Assembly (NCBI GenBank): GCA_009392275.1
Contig: VFGV01000012.1
Span: 18,217 to 82,216 of the forward strand
Direction of reading: 5' to 3'
Length of the DNA: 64,000 bases
From: SAR202 cluster bacterium
GTDB taxonomy: Bacteria; Chloroflexota; Dehalococcoidia; Lucifugimonadales; UBA2962
Under the pieces are notes generated by a model that was given only the letters and a program-made list of their open reading frames with translations, was not told the origin of the DNA and ran no database searches. This document shows, piece by piece, positions 28,739 through 38,287 of the stretch (position 1 is its first letter; each line of letters starts with the position of its first letter). The position numbers were made by a program, and so were the translations under genes.

Positions 28739-29496
28739 TTATATGAACTTCTAACTTGGTTCACAAGCTGATTGAACAATACACTCGATTCCATCTTTTC
28801 TGACCTAGTACGACCTAAATTCACATTTACGATCTTCATCGCACCAGCAGCCGATTTAGGCATAACAAAAACTCGATCCGATAAAAGTACCGCTTCGGTT
28901 GAATTATGCGTGACAAACAGTACAGTTGGTTTAGTTTTATCCAACAATTCTAGAAGTTCGTAGTGCATAGTCTCTCGGGTTATCTCATCCAAAGAACCGA
29001 ATGGTTCATCCATCAACAACACTTTTGGATTAATTGATAGAGCTCTTGCCAATGACACTCTTTGCCTCATCCCCCCAGATAGTTGGTATGGGTAATGATA
29101 CTCGAATCCATTTAGTCCAACTAAAGAAATGAGTTCTTCAATAGTTCTATAATGCTCATCGGTAATTGCCTTATTAACCTCCGTAGGCAGCCTAATATTG
29201 TCATAAACTGTGCGCCATGGGATCAGTGCCGGGTCCTGAAACATATAACCAATATGTTTTTTACTCTGTGATATTTCTGGAGAATCGCCATCAATTACAA
29301 CTGTACCTGAATCTGGGGGCAATAAGCCAGATATAATTTTCAACAATGTAGTCTTACCACAACCACTAGGCCCTACTATTGACACAAATTCCGAATGCTT
29401 TATTACAAAATTTACTGAGTTTAGAACTTTATTCTCAACACCATTTTTAGAAACGTAACTTTTTGATACGTTATATACCTCAATTCGGTTGTTCAT
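28723..29496 (-). CDS. ABC transporter ATP-binding protein (SsuB/TauB type)
   Basis: GPSGCGKTT, LSGGMRQR, LLMDEPF, FVTH. Confidence 0.95.
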   Translation of the reverse strand: MNNRIEVYNVSKSYVSKNGVENKVLNSVNFVIKHSEFVSIVGPSGCGKTTLLKIISGLLPPDSGTVVIDGDSPEISQSKKHIGYMFQDPALIPWRTVYDNIRLPTEVNKAITDEHYRTIEELISLVGLNGFEYHYPYQLSGGMRQRVSLARALSINPKVLLMDEPFGSLDEITRETMHYELLELLDKTKPTVLFVTHNSTEAVLLSDRVFVMPKSAAGAMKIVNVNLGRTRSEKMESSVLFNQLVNQVRSSYKCVKT

Positions 29497-29609
29497 GAGA
29501 TTATCTCCAAAGATCTATCGTCAGCTTTAATATCTAATCCACTCATATTGCCCAATACTAGCAATTAAGTCATCGATTTAAATCCGCCTCAAAATAGGGT
29601 CTAATTTGC

Positions 29610-30440
29610 TTAAGAAGTGGGTTTCTTTTCTAATTCGATTTCCAACAAAGATACAACCGCCTTATATTCATCGCGGACTATATCACTAGTTAAAACTGTG
29701 GGCTTACTTTCATCTCTATAGTCCGAATTCAAACTTAATTTGCCAAGGAAAGGCAACTCGAGTTCGTTACAAATTTCCTCTCCAGCTCCAGTGCCAAAGA
29801 TTTCACCAGAAAAGTTCTCTACCACGCCTAGCACATCAACTTTTAAAGTTTTAATCATATTTATAGACCGTTTAGCATCTATCATAGCTAACTCTTGTGG
29901 AGCTGTTACGATTACAAAACCGTCCAAATCTAAAGTTTGCATTACAGTTAAAGGCCCATCTGAAGTACCAGGAGGAAGATCAACTATTAGAAAATCTAAT
30001 TCACCCCATACCGTCGATTGCAATAATTGATTTATTGCATTATGGACCATAGGGCCACGCCATATTATTGCCTCGTCTTCCTTTTGTTGAAAAAAGCCCA
30101 TTGACATCACAGAGACTCCAAACCTACTCGGCGGAATCAATCTCTTATCTTCAGCCATTTCAGGAGGTTCAAATATCTTCATTGCCCTAACAACATTTGG
30201 ACAATCTATATCTACATCTAAAATGCCTACAGATTTTCCAGCCTCAGCCAGGCTGACTGCTAGATTTACTGAAACCGTAGTTTTCCCGACTCCTCCTTTA
30301 CCACTGTAAACACCTATTTTATTCTTAACAGATTCTAAAGCCGAACTAATTGCCCTCCGTTGTTCAAACTGTCGCTTCATCGATTCAATCTTCGCTCGGG
30401 CTTGTGGATTCTGCGCCGGATTATTAGGTTTCTGTGTCAT
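29610..30440 (-). CDS. Mrp/NBP35 (ApbC-like) P-loop ATPase lacking the CxxC motif
   Basis: SGKGGVGKTT, MSMGF, WRGPM, WGELDFLIVDLPPGTSD, GVVEN. Confidence 0.9.
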   Translation of the reverse strand: MTQKPNNPAQNPQARAKIESMKRQFEQRRAISSALESVKNKIGVYSGKGGVGKTTVSVNLAVSLAEAGKSVGILDVDIDCPNVVRAMKIFEPPEMAEDKRLIPPSRFGVSVMSMGFFQQKEDEAIIWRGPMVHNAINQLLQSTVWGELDFLIVDLPPGTSDGPLTVMQTLDLDGFVIVTAPQELAMIDAKRSINMIKTLKVDVLGVVENFSGEIFGTGAGEEICNELELPFLGKLSLNSDYRDESKPTVLTSDIVRDEYKAVVSLLEIELEKKPTS

Positions 30441-30492
30441 TATTCTCCTCTTTATTTAGTACTGTTATGTGTACCAACAATTCTCAAGTAAT

Positions 30493-30523
30493 ATAAAAAG
30501 GGGCCTAAATGACCCCTTTTTAT
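30493..30523 (-). terminator. Rho-independent terminator between the DUF59 gene and mrp
   Basis: ataaaaagggg...cccctttttat hairpin with A/T runs on both sides. Confidence 0.7.
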
Positions 30524-30544
30524 TTGTTATTGGCGAATTTAGCC

Positions 30545-30862
30545 TTAATCGATACCTAACTCTGATCTACCTTCCTCTGAAATCATGTCAGGCGTCCATG
30601 GTGGATCGTAAACTAATTCAACGTTCACGTCGTCAACTCCATCTAGCTCAGCCACTCTCCATTCAGCTTGCTGCGCAATATAAGGGCCCATGCCACAGCC
30701 TGCGAATGTTAGTGTCATTTTTATATCAACATTTCCTTCATCTACTGCACAATCATATATCAAACCTAAATCAACCACGTTTATCGGGATTTCCGGGTCA
30801 TAAACATCACGAAGTGCTTCCATTACAATGTCTTTATTCAAGACAGTTGTTTCGCTAGTCAT
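30545..30862 (-). CDS. DUF59 / SufT Fe-S cluster assembly factor
   Basis: VYDPEIPINVVDLGLIY, MTLTFAGCGMG, DPPWTPDM. Confidence 0.92.
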   Translation of the reverse strand: MTSETTVLNKDIVMEALRDVYDPEIPINVVDLGLIYDCAVDEGNVDIKMTLTFAGCGMGPYIAQQAEWRVAELDGVDDVNVELVYDPPWTPDMISEEGRSELGID

Positions 30863-30929
30863 AAGTTCATCTCCATTGGTTTTATTTGTGATTATTCATA
30901 GTTAATAGGTATGAATTACGTCTAAGTAA

Positions 30930-30959
30930 ATTTTATTTTGACACCTGAACTAATGTCAA
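30930..30959 (-). promoter_or_regulatory. Candidate sigma70 promoter for the DUF59 gene with overlapping palindrome
   Basis: Minus strand TTGACA, 18 bp, TAAAAT; TTGACA-N10-TGTCAA at 30938-30959. Confidence 0.55.
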
Positions 30960-30985
30960 CGCAATTTGATGTTCGTATTTATTTT

Positions 30986-32968
30986 TTAATCTATTAGTAC
31001 TTTCCTTAGGTCTACAATTTGATCCCGTAATAAAGCAGCTTTCTCAAATTCGAGCTTTTTAGCTGCATCCTTCATCTGCAGCTGCAAATCACTTATTAAT
31101 TTCACCAACTCATCTTTAGGCAGATTCCCTTGAGAATTAATAAACTCGTCCTTCTGTACAGTTTCACGCACACGTTCTGTAATGTCATGAATTGTTTTTC
31201 TGATTCCTTGAGGAGTTATTCCATATTCTGAATTATAAGATTCTTGTATTACTCTACGTCGATTAGTTTCATCAATTGCTTTTTTCATCGAATTTGTAAC
31301 TTTTTCTGCATACATAACAACGTAACCATCAACATGGCGTGCAGCCCTTCCAATGGTTTGAATTAACGCCGTTTGAGACCTCAAATAACCCTCTTTATCA
31401 GCATCTAGTATCGCGACTAAACTTACTTCAGGTAGATCAATGCCTTCACGAAGTAAATTTATCCCAACAACCACGTCATAAACTCCTAATCTCAGGTCTC
31501 TCAATATCTCACTACGCTCTAAGGTATCTATCTCGGAATGCATGTGATGTGTCTTAACACCAACTTCTTGTAAATAATCAGATAATTCTTCTGCCATCCT
31601 CTTTGTTAAGGTAGTAATTAAACAACGTTGATTCTGTAAAACTCTCTTTCTGATTTGATCAAGCAGGTCATCAATTTGTCCATGTGTAGGCTTTATCTCA
31701 ATAACTGGATCTATTAAGCCCGTAGGCCTAATTACTTGTTCAATTACATTCTTACTATGTTCCATTTCGTATGGACCAGGAGTTGCCGACACATAAACGA
31801 TTTGATTTATATGAGATTCAAATTCCTGGAAACTCAAGGGACGATTATCCAGAGCAGAGGGCAACCTAAATCCATGCTCAACTAAAACTTCTTTTCTAGA
31901 ACGGTCACCTCCATACATCGCACGTATTTGAGGTAATGTCATATGAGATTCATCTACAACAACTACGAAGTCATCCGGAAAATAGTCAATGAGCGTGTAT
32001 GGAACGCTACCCGGCTCACGTCCAGACAAATGCCTGGCATAATTTTCAACTCCTGCACAATACCCAGTCTCTCTTAACATCTCGATATCATACAGAGTTC
32101 TTGATTCTAACCGTTGTGCTTCCACTAATTTTCCTTGATTATGTAGAGCTTTTAATGTTAAGTCCAACTCTTCTTGAATATTATCTATGGCGTTTTTAAG
32201 TTTCATTTCAGAAGTTACAAAATGCTTAGCAGGGTAAATTTCAATATCTTCCAATTCAGTCAATATTTCTCCAGTCAATGGTTCGAGTGATACTATCCGA
32301 TCAACTTGATCTCCCCAGAATTCGATCCTCACTCCTAAAGCTTCTTCATAAGCAGGCATTAATTCTAGTGTGTCTCCTCGCACACGAAATCGACCTCTAG
32401 ACAAATCAAAATCATTTCTTTCATATTGCATATCAATTAACTTACGTATCAGTTTTCTTCGGGAATGATTTTCACCTTTACGGACGTAAGCAACAAAAGA
32501 TTCATATTCTTCTGGAGAACCTAATCCAAAAATACATGAAACTGATGCGACAATTAATACGTCTTTCCTAGTTAATAAAGCTCGAGTAGCAGAATGTCGA
32601 AGTTTATCTAGCTGTTCATTAACATCAGCATCTTTCTCGATGTATGTATCTGTTCGAGGAATATAAGCTTCAGGCTGGTAGTAGTCATAATAACTAACAA
32701 AATATTCGACCGCATTATTTGGAAAAAACTCTTTGAATTCAGTCGCTAGCTGCGCTGCTAAAGTCTTATTATGCGCAATCACTAATGTCGGACGCTGAAC
32801 TGAAGCAATCATGTTTGCAATGGTAAATGTTTTCCCGCTACCTGTAACGCCTAATAAAGTTTGATGTTTTACACCTTTTGAAACACCATCACTTAGCTTT
32901 TTGATCGCTTCAGGTTGATCACCAGTGGCTTTAAAGTCAGATACAACAGAAAAGGAATGTTCCATCAT
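30986..32968 (-). CDS. uvrB: Excinuclease ABC subunit B
   Basis: [55 protein letters not shown]. Confidence 0.98.
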   Translation of the reverse strand: MMEHSFSVVSDFKATGDQPEAIKKLSDGVSKGVKHQTLLGVTGSGKTFTIANMIASVQRPTLVIAHNKTLAAQLATEFKEFFPNNAVEYFVSYYDYYQPEAYIPRTDTYIEKDADVNEQLDKLRHSATRALLTRKDVLIVASVSCIFGLGSPEEYESFVAYVRKGENHSRRKLIRKLIDMQYERNDFDLSRGRFRVRGDTLELMPAYEEALGVRIEFWGDQVDRIVSLEPLTGEILTELEDIEIYPAKHFVTSEMKLKNAIDNIQEELDLTLKALHNQGKLVEAQRLESRTLYDIEMLRETGYCAGVENYARHLSGREPGSVPYTLIDYFPDDFVVVVDESHMTLPQIRAMYGGDRSRKEVLVEHGFRLPSALDNRPLSFQEFESHINQIVYVSATPGPYEMEHSKNVIEQVIRPTGLIDPVIEIKPTHGQIDDLLDQIRKRVLQNQRCLITTLTKRMAEELSDYLQEVGVKTHHMHSEIDTLERSEILRDLRLGVYDVVVGINLLREGIDLPEVSLVAILDADKEGYLRSQTALIQTIGRAARHVDGYVVMYAEKVTNSMKKAIDETNRRRVIQESYNSEYGITPQGIRKTIHDITERVRETVQKDEFINSQGNLPKDELVKLISDLQLQMKDAAKKLEFEKAALLRDQIVDLRKVLID

Positions 32969-33541
32969 TCATCCAGAAAGATGCTCTAACGCAGACCTAA
33001 CTCGCTCCTCCATCGGTAAATCTGCTTCTGTTTCACTAAGCCTGACTGCCTCTCGAGCTTCATTAATTGAATAGCCCAGTGCAGTCAATGCTTCCAGCAC
33101 TTCCGTCGAAGAATCAACTGAATCCATCGATGATAAATCTTTAGCTAACTGTCCTTTTAACTCAAGAATTATCCTTCCTGCGGTTTTCTTTCCAACTCCA
33201 GGAACCCTACTGAATGCCAGTTGATCTTCTGTATTGACGGCGTGCCTTAAATCACTAACTGAAAACATTGACATAATGGCAAGTCCTAACCTAGGGCCGA
33301 CTCCATTGATCGATATGAGGGACTCAAAGCTAGACCTGGATTCATCGGATTCAAATCCATATAGTGTCATACTGTCCTCTCGAACTTGCATGCTAGTAAA
33401 CAAACTAACAGTATCCCCAGTTTTTCCTATCGATGAAATTGATGAATTTGGTACGTTAACACGGAATGCTATGGGTCCCAGGTCTATATCCAGCCAATCA
33501 ATACCAATCTTGATAATTTTGCCTTTAATATTAGTAATCAT
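32969..33541 (-). CDS. ruvA: Holliday junction branch migration protein RuvA
   Basis: VREDSMTLYGF, INGVGPR, VPGVGKKTAGRIILEL, ALTALGY. Confidence 0.97.
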   Translation of the reverse strand: MITNIKGKIIKIGIDWLDIDLGPIAFRVNVPNSSISSIGKTGDTVSLFTSMQVREDSMTLYGFESDESRSSFESLISINGVGPRLGLAIMSMFSVSDLRHAVNTEDQLAFSRVPGVGKKTAGRIILELKGQLAKDLSSMDSVDSSTEVLEALTALGYSINEAREAVRLSETEADLPMEERVRSALEHLSG

Positions 33542-33555
33542 ATTCCATCACCATT

Positions 33556-34047
33556 TTAAATTTCTACGATATCGCGATAACGAATTGCATTATAGTGACA
33601 TAACGCAACAGCAAGAGAGTCAGATGAGTCTGTACTCATATTATTGTCATTAAGACCTAAAATAGCAGCAACCATCGACCTCACTTGTTCTTTTGAACTA
33701 CCTCCATAATCAGTTACTGATTTTTTTATTTCCATAGGACTATACAGCGATAGTTCAATGTCCTTTTCTGCAGCAACAATCATTGCTAGAGCCTGAGATT
33801 GCCCTATTGCTAAGGCTGACTTAACATTTTTACCAACAAATGGGTGCTCTATCGCAATATTATCTGGCTCCCAATTTGTGACTATTACTCTTAGTGAGGT
33901 CAGCATCGAGGACAATCTTTTGGGCAAGACATGATTTTTAGGGGATTTCAATGTAGATGAGTATAAGTGAATCACTTCATCTTCAATAACTTCAACAATC
34001 CCTACCCCCATATTAACTGTGCCGGGATCAACACCAAGAATCCGCAT
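33556..34047 (-). CDS. ruvC: Holliday junction resolvase RuvC
   Basis: ILGVDPG, AIE, YSPMEIKKSVT, KEQV, DSSDSLAVALCH. Confidence 0.97.
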   Translation of the reverse strand: MRILGVDPGTVNMGVGIVEVIEDEVIHLYSSTLKSPKNHVLPKRLSSMLTSLRVIVTNWEPDNIAIEHPFVGKNVKSALAIGQSQALAMIVAAEKDIELSLYSPMEIKKSVTDYGGSSKEQVRSMVAAILGLNDNNMSTDSSDSLAVALCHYNAIRYRDIVEI

Positions 34048-34053
34048 TAGAGC

Positions 34054-34806
34054 TTAACTACCATATTGATCTATTGCTTCCTGAGGAAAATCTCCATTCG
34101 AATAAACTCTTTGAACATCATCCAGGTCTTCTAATTTTTCCAAAAGTCGTAATGTGGGTTTCGCGTTTTTAAAATCAAGTTCAACAGTGTTAACCGGAAT
34201 CATTGATACTCCAGACGAAGCGATCTCAGTTTGGTTATCATGCAAAGCCTGCCGAACAGAGTCAAATTGTTCCACTGGAGAGTATATCTCAATCAACGAA
34301 TCATCTATATCAAAATCCACCGCTCCCGCGTCAATGGCTAACATAGCAATATCTTCAGAAGCACTTGGGTCACATTGAACTATAAATACAGCTTTTTGCT
34401 CAAATTGCCAGGCAACGGAACCAACTTCTGCTAAACTACCTCCGCCTTTTGAGAAGGTTGAACGAACATCAGAAGCTGTTCTGTTTCTATTATCAGTTAG
34501 GGCTTCTAGTAATATGGCTGTTCCTCCTGGACCGTATCCTTCATACCGGATTTCGGTCAATTGATTACCTTCTGTGAGTTTACCAGTACCTCTTTGTATA
34601 GCACGTTCGATAGTATCTGAAGGCATATTAGCATCTTTTGCATGTTGAACCGCCATCCGTAATTTAAAATTCGATTCTGGATCACCACCTCCTGCTCGAG
34701 CAGCAACAATAATTTCTTTAGACAACTTAGTAAACATTTTGCCGCGCCTAGCATCTGTAACGGCTTTAGCATGTTTAATTGTCGACCATTTAGAGTGACC
34801 TGACAT
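34054..34806 (-). CDS. yebC: YebC/PmpR family protein
   Basis: MSGHSKW, YEGYGPGG, TDNRNRT, DDVQRVYSN. Confidence 0.97.
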   Translation of the reverse strand: MSGHSKWSTIKHAKAVTDARRGKMFTKLSKEIIVAARAGGGDPESNFKLRMAVQHAKDANMPSDTIERAIQRGTGKLTEGNQLTEIRYEGYGPGGTAILLEALTDNRNRTASDVRSTFSKGGGSLAEVGSVAWQFEQKAVFIVQCDPSASEDIAMLAIDAGAVDFDIDDSLIEIYSPVEQFDSVRQALHDNQTEIASSGVSMIPVNTVELDFKNAKPTLRLLEKLEDLDDVQRVYSNGDFPQEAIDQYGS

Positions 34807-34833
34807 TTACTTCCTCTCTAGTTGTATTAGGGT

Positions 34834-35367
34834 TTAAATTATATCTTGTGGATCTACTATTAAAACTTGGGTTTCTAAGTTCACTTCTTTTATCACATCA
34901 CGTATTGCAGGAAATAGTAATTCACCTCCACTAGAACAACTCACCACATACACATCGTTTGCACCGGTTTCGATGATTCTGTCTAAAGTCCCAATGTGAA
35001 GTCCATGCATAGACAATACTTTTAAACCTATAAGCTCATAGTGATAATAGTGCCAATCGGGTAAATCTTTCAACTCAGATGAAGATATTTTTAACTCCAC
35101 TCCGATTAAAGCTGAGGCTTTATCAAGGTTATCAAATGAATCAAACCTGACAATCAACATATCACCGTATTGAGAGGTTTTTGCACGAACATCAATAACA
35201 GTTAATGAATCATCGTCGTGCAAAAGCACAGAACCTTTATAAAATATACTTTCTGAACTGCCAAACCTTTTAACTTTAACATGGCCATTAAGACCCCAAG
35301 TGCCAACAATAACGCCTACAGTTACTTGTTCGAAGTTTGAGGTGCCAGGTTTTTGTGAACTGACCAA
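34834..35367 (-). CDS. rimM: Ribosome maturation factor RimM
   Basis: GTWGLNGHVKV, YYHYELIGLKV, TGANDVYVV. Confidence 0.92.
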   Translation of the reverse strand: MVSSQKPGTSNFEQVTVGVIVGTWGLNGHVKVKRFGSSESIFYKGSVLLHDDDSLTVIDVRAKTSQYGDMLIVRFDSFDNLDKASALIGVELKISSSELKDLPDWHYYHYELIGLKVLSMHGLHIGTLDRIIETGANDVYVVSCSSGGELLFPAIRDVIKEVNLETQVLIVDPQDII

Positions 35368-35404
35368 TGGAATGCGTGATGAGGTTCGAGTTTACAGGCT
35401 CAGG

Positions 35405-35635
35405 CTAGAGAATTTCTAAAACCGCTCTAGTGCCATTTTTAATTGATGCGACTCTTAACAACGTCCTTATTGATTGAGCCACACGACCTTGGCGACCGAT
35501 CACTTTACCTTTATCAAATGGTGAAACCTCGAGCTGAAGTAGAACTTTGTTTCCGTCTTCTCTGCTCTCCGTCACTTTCACTTCATCAGGATTAGAAGCA
35601 ATTGATCTTACAATGAATTCCAACAATTCCTTCAT
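35405..35635 (-). CDS. khpA: KH-domain RNA-binding protein
   Basis: DKGKVIGRQGRVAQSIRTLL; lies between rpsP and rimM. Confidence 0.92.
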   Translation of the reverse strand: MKELLEFIVRSIASNPDEVKVTESREDGNKVLLQLEVSPFDKGKVIGRQGRVAQSIRTLLRVASIKNGTRAVLEIL

Positions 35636-35656
35636 TCTTATCTCCCTATAAAAACC

Positions 35657-35914
35657 TTAATCTTCTTTTTTATTAGACTGGTTTTCATGAGTTTTTATAA
35701 TTCTAGACACTGAATCTGTAGGTTGAGCACCTTTAGCCATCCATGCCTGCGCCTTGATAGTGTCAATAACTATTGTAGGAGGGTCTGTTTTAGGATCGTA
35801 CAAGCCTAATTGTTCAATGAATGACCCATCACGAGCTTCTCGCGAATCAGCTAAAACTATTCGGTAAGAAGGTTGTTTTTTTCCTCCTACCCTTTTAAGT
35901 CGAATCTTAAGCAA
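35657..35914 (-). CDS. rpsP: 30S ribosomal protein S16
   Basis: [26 protein letters not shown]; TTG start with GGAG SD. Confidence 0.98.
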   Translation of the reverse strand: MLKIRLKRVGGKKQPSYRIVLADSREARDGSFIEQLGLYDPKTDPPTIVIDTIKAQAWMAKGAQPTDSVSRIIKTHENQSNKKED

Positions 35915-35954
35915 AAAATCTCCAATACAAATCTCAGTTTCTGAACTATAATTT

Positions 35955-35984
35955 AGTCTAGTCTTAGCTATAACTAGCTGTCAA
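35955..35984 (-). promoter_or_regulatory. Candidate sigma70 promoter for the rpsP operon
   Basis: Minus strand TTGACA, 18 bp, TAGACT. Confidence 0.55.
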
Positions 35985-36205
35985 CGAGGTATAGGGCCGG
36001 TATGAGGCGAATATGTTGAATTGTTTTTATTAACCGGCTGCTTGCATAGTGAAAGCTTGTATTAGCGACTGATATCACAGTATAGTTGTATCATTATCAG
36101 GCATTATTTTATGCAGAATTAATTAACTTAATTCTTAATTTAAAAAAATTTAGCATATTTTGATCCATAAACAATATGAATCAAACGTGTATATAGGATT
36201 TACAA

Positions 36206-36862
36206 ATGAAAGTGGTTTTTCTTGAAGATGTAGAAGGCGTAGCTAACGGAGGAGAGGTTAAGGATGTCAGACCTGGATTCGCTCGCAATTATTTAATACC
36301 CAAGAATTTAGCAGTTATAGCAACTCATGATTCTCTTCAACGTTTAGATAAACTTAAAAATCAGGCTGAGAAAGATAGAATCAAGAAATTAAATGATATG
36401 ACATTACTGGGTGAAAAACTAACGGGTACAAGATTAGACTTGGAAATGCGGTCTGGACCTGGCGGCAGACTTTATGGCTCAGTCACTAATACAATCGTAG
36501 CAGATAAACTTTCAGAATTACTGGAAACTGATATTGACAAAAGACTGATTACAATACCAGACTCAATAAGAAATGTGGGCTTGTTTATCGCCAAAATAAG
36601 ATTGCATCAAGAAGTTGATATAGAAGTGGAATTATTAGTTCATCCAACCGATATAGACCCAGAAACTTTTGTACAACAATTAGCTGACCAGAAATCGAGC
36701 TCTGATGAAATAGAAGCTATTGATATCGAATCTTCCAGCGAACTAGATTCCACGTCTGCTGAACACTTCTCAGAGGAAAATAATGAACCACAACATTCAG
36801 ATGAAACAGAACCTGAATCAGACTCGAACACGGAAAGCATCGTGGACGAGAAAAAATCCTAA
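36206..36862 (+). CDS. rplI: 50S ribosomal protein L9 with acidic C-terminal extension
   Basis: MKVVFLEDV, VRPGFARNYLIP, LYGSVT, IDKR. Confidence 0.95.
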   Translation: MKVVFLEDVEGVANGGEVKDVRPGFARNYLIPKNLAVIATHDSLQRLDKLKNQAEKDRIKKLNDMTLLGEKLTGTRLDLEMRSGPGGRLYGSVTNTIVADKLSELLETDIDKRLITIPDSIRNVGLFIAKIRLHQEVDIEVELLVHPTDIDPETFVQQLADQKSSSDEIEAIDIESSSELDSTSAEHFSEENNEPQHSDETEPESDSNTESIVDEKKS

Positions 36863-36877
36863 GGATAGTTTTTAGAT

Positions 36878-38254
36878 TTGTACGCGGAGAGATTACTGCC
36901 ACATGATGCAGATGCTGAAGAAGCTGTAATCGGAGCTGTCCTAATTGATCCGACTTCTCTAACACAAATATCGTCGTTTTTAAGGCCTGATGATTTCTAC
37001 CTATCAAGGACCCGTTCAATTTATGAATCGTTTATAACACTTTTTGACCGAGGTGAGGCAATAAACCAAGTTACCGTTGCCCATGAGTTGTCTCTGAAAG
37101 AATTACTAGACGATGTAGGGGGTTCTAATTATCTGGGGCAAATAGTTAGAACTGTTCCAACATCAGTTCATATAGAACATTATGCAAGAATAGTACAAAC
37201 ATCCGCGGTAATGCGTCAACTGATCTCTGTTGCGGGCGACATAGCAAGTATAGGGTACGAAGGATCCTCCGATGTAGATGTATCACTCCGAGATGCTGAG
37301 ACGCTACTGTACGGAATTCGTACTAATAGAGCTACTGGTGATTTCCAGCATATTCGCACCATTCTTGATGAATATATGGAACAAACCGCAAGTATAGATT
37401 TTGATGATGCGAACCTTACACCAATACAAACAGGATTTCCGGACCTGGATAAAATACTTGGGAATGGACTTGCTCGATCTGACTTGATAGTGCTAGCAGC
37501 TCGACCCAGCTTGGGCAAAAGTAGTCTGGCATTTAATATTGCAAGAAACGCTGCTGAAAAGCAGATACGTACTGGCATATTTAGTTTAGAAATGAGCTCT
37601 GAGCAAATCGGAAATCGATTGCTCTCAGCTGAAGCAGGAGTAGATAGTCACAGGTTAAGGTTGGGTGTTTTGAGTGAATCAGAGGAAAGGCGAGTATTAG
37701 ATGCTATTGGAGTGTTATCAGAACTACCCATTTACATGGATGATACTCCTATACAAGGCACAGTAGAAATTCGAGGTAAAGCTAGGCGCCTGCAGGCTGA
37801 AAGAGGATTAGATTTAGTTATAGTTGATTACATGCAACTAATGGGTGATTCCAACCGCAGATCCGACAATAGAACACAAGAATTAGGAGATATATCGAGG
37901 TCATTAAAGGCATTAGCGAGAGATCTAAATGTCCCAGTCTTGGCTCTATCTCAGTTAAGTCGTGCGCCCGAGCACCGTCCTTCCCACAGGCCAATTTTGT
38001 CAGATCTACGCGAAAGTGGCAGTATCGAACAGGATGCCGACGTAGTAGCTTTTATATATAGAGAGGATCATTATACAACCAAAGAAGACTGGGAACGAAG
38101 AGAACCTTCAAGACCATATCCTGAAAACATTGCAGAAATAATTGTGGCAAAACATAGAAACGGTCCTACAGGTGCTGTACCCCTGTACTTCCGCAAAGAA
38201 TTAGTAAAATTTGAGAGTTTAGAAAGAAGGTCTAGGTCTAGAGAATTGGTATAA
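36878..38254 (+). CDS. dnaB: Replicative DNA helicase
   Basis: PHDADAEEAVIG, AARPSLGKS, FSLEMS, VDYMQL, LSQLSR, DLRESGSIEQDAD, KHRNGPTG. Confidence 0.98.
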   Translation: MYAERLLPHDADAEEAVIGAVLIDPTSLTQISSFLRPDDFYLSRTRSIYESFITLFDRGEAINQVTVAHELSLKELLDDVGGSNYLGQIVRTVPTSVHIEHYARIVQTSAVMRQLISVAGDIASIGYEGSSDVDVSLRDAETLLYGIRTNRATGDFQHIRTILDEYMEQTASIDFDDANLTPIQTGFPDLDKILGNGLARSDLIVLAARPSLGKSSLAFNIARNAAEKQIRTGIFSLEMSSEQIGNRLLSAEAGVDSHRLRLGVLSESEERRVLDAIGVLSELPIYMDDTPIQGTVEIRGKARRLQAERGLDLVIVDYMQLMGDSNRRSDNRTQELGDISRSLKALARDLNVPVLALSQLSRAPEHRPSHRPILSDLRESGSIEQDADVVAFIYREDHYTTKEDWERREPSRPYPENIAEIIVAKHRNGPTGAVPLYFRKELVKFESLERRSRSRELV

Positions 38255-38287
38255 AAAAATACGAGAGTATTTAATCTGCCTGCACAC

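Noticed and set aside
29497-29609. TPP or FMN riboswitch before the THI5-type ABC operon
   Set aside because: None of the conserved aptamer motifs is visible and the region is short.
35915-36205. ncRNA or replication origin between rpsP and rplI
   Set aside because: Only a 6-bp inverted repeat (gccggt/accggc) and divergent promoter-like hexamers; no SRP, 6S or tmRNA motifs and no DnaA boxes.
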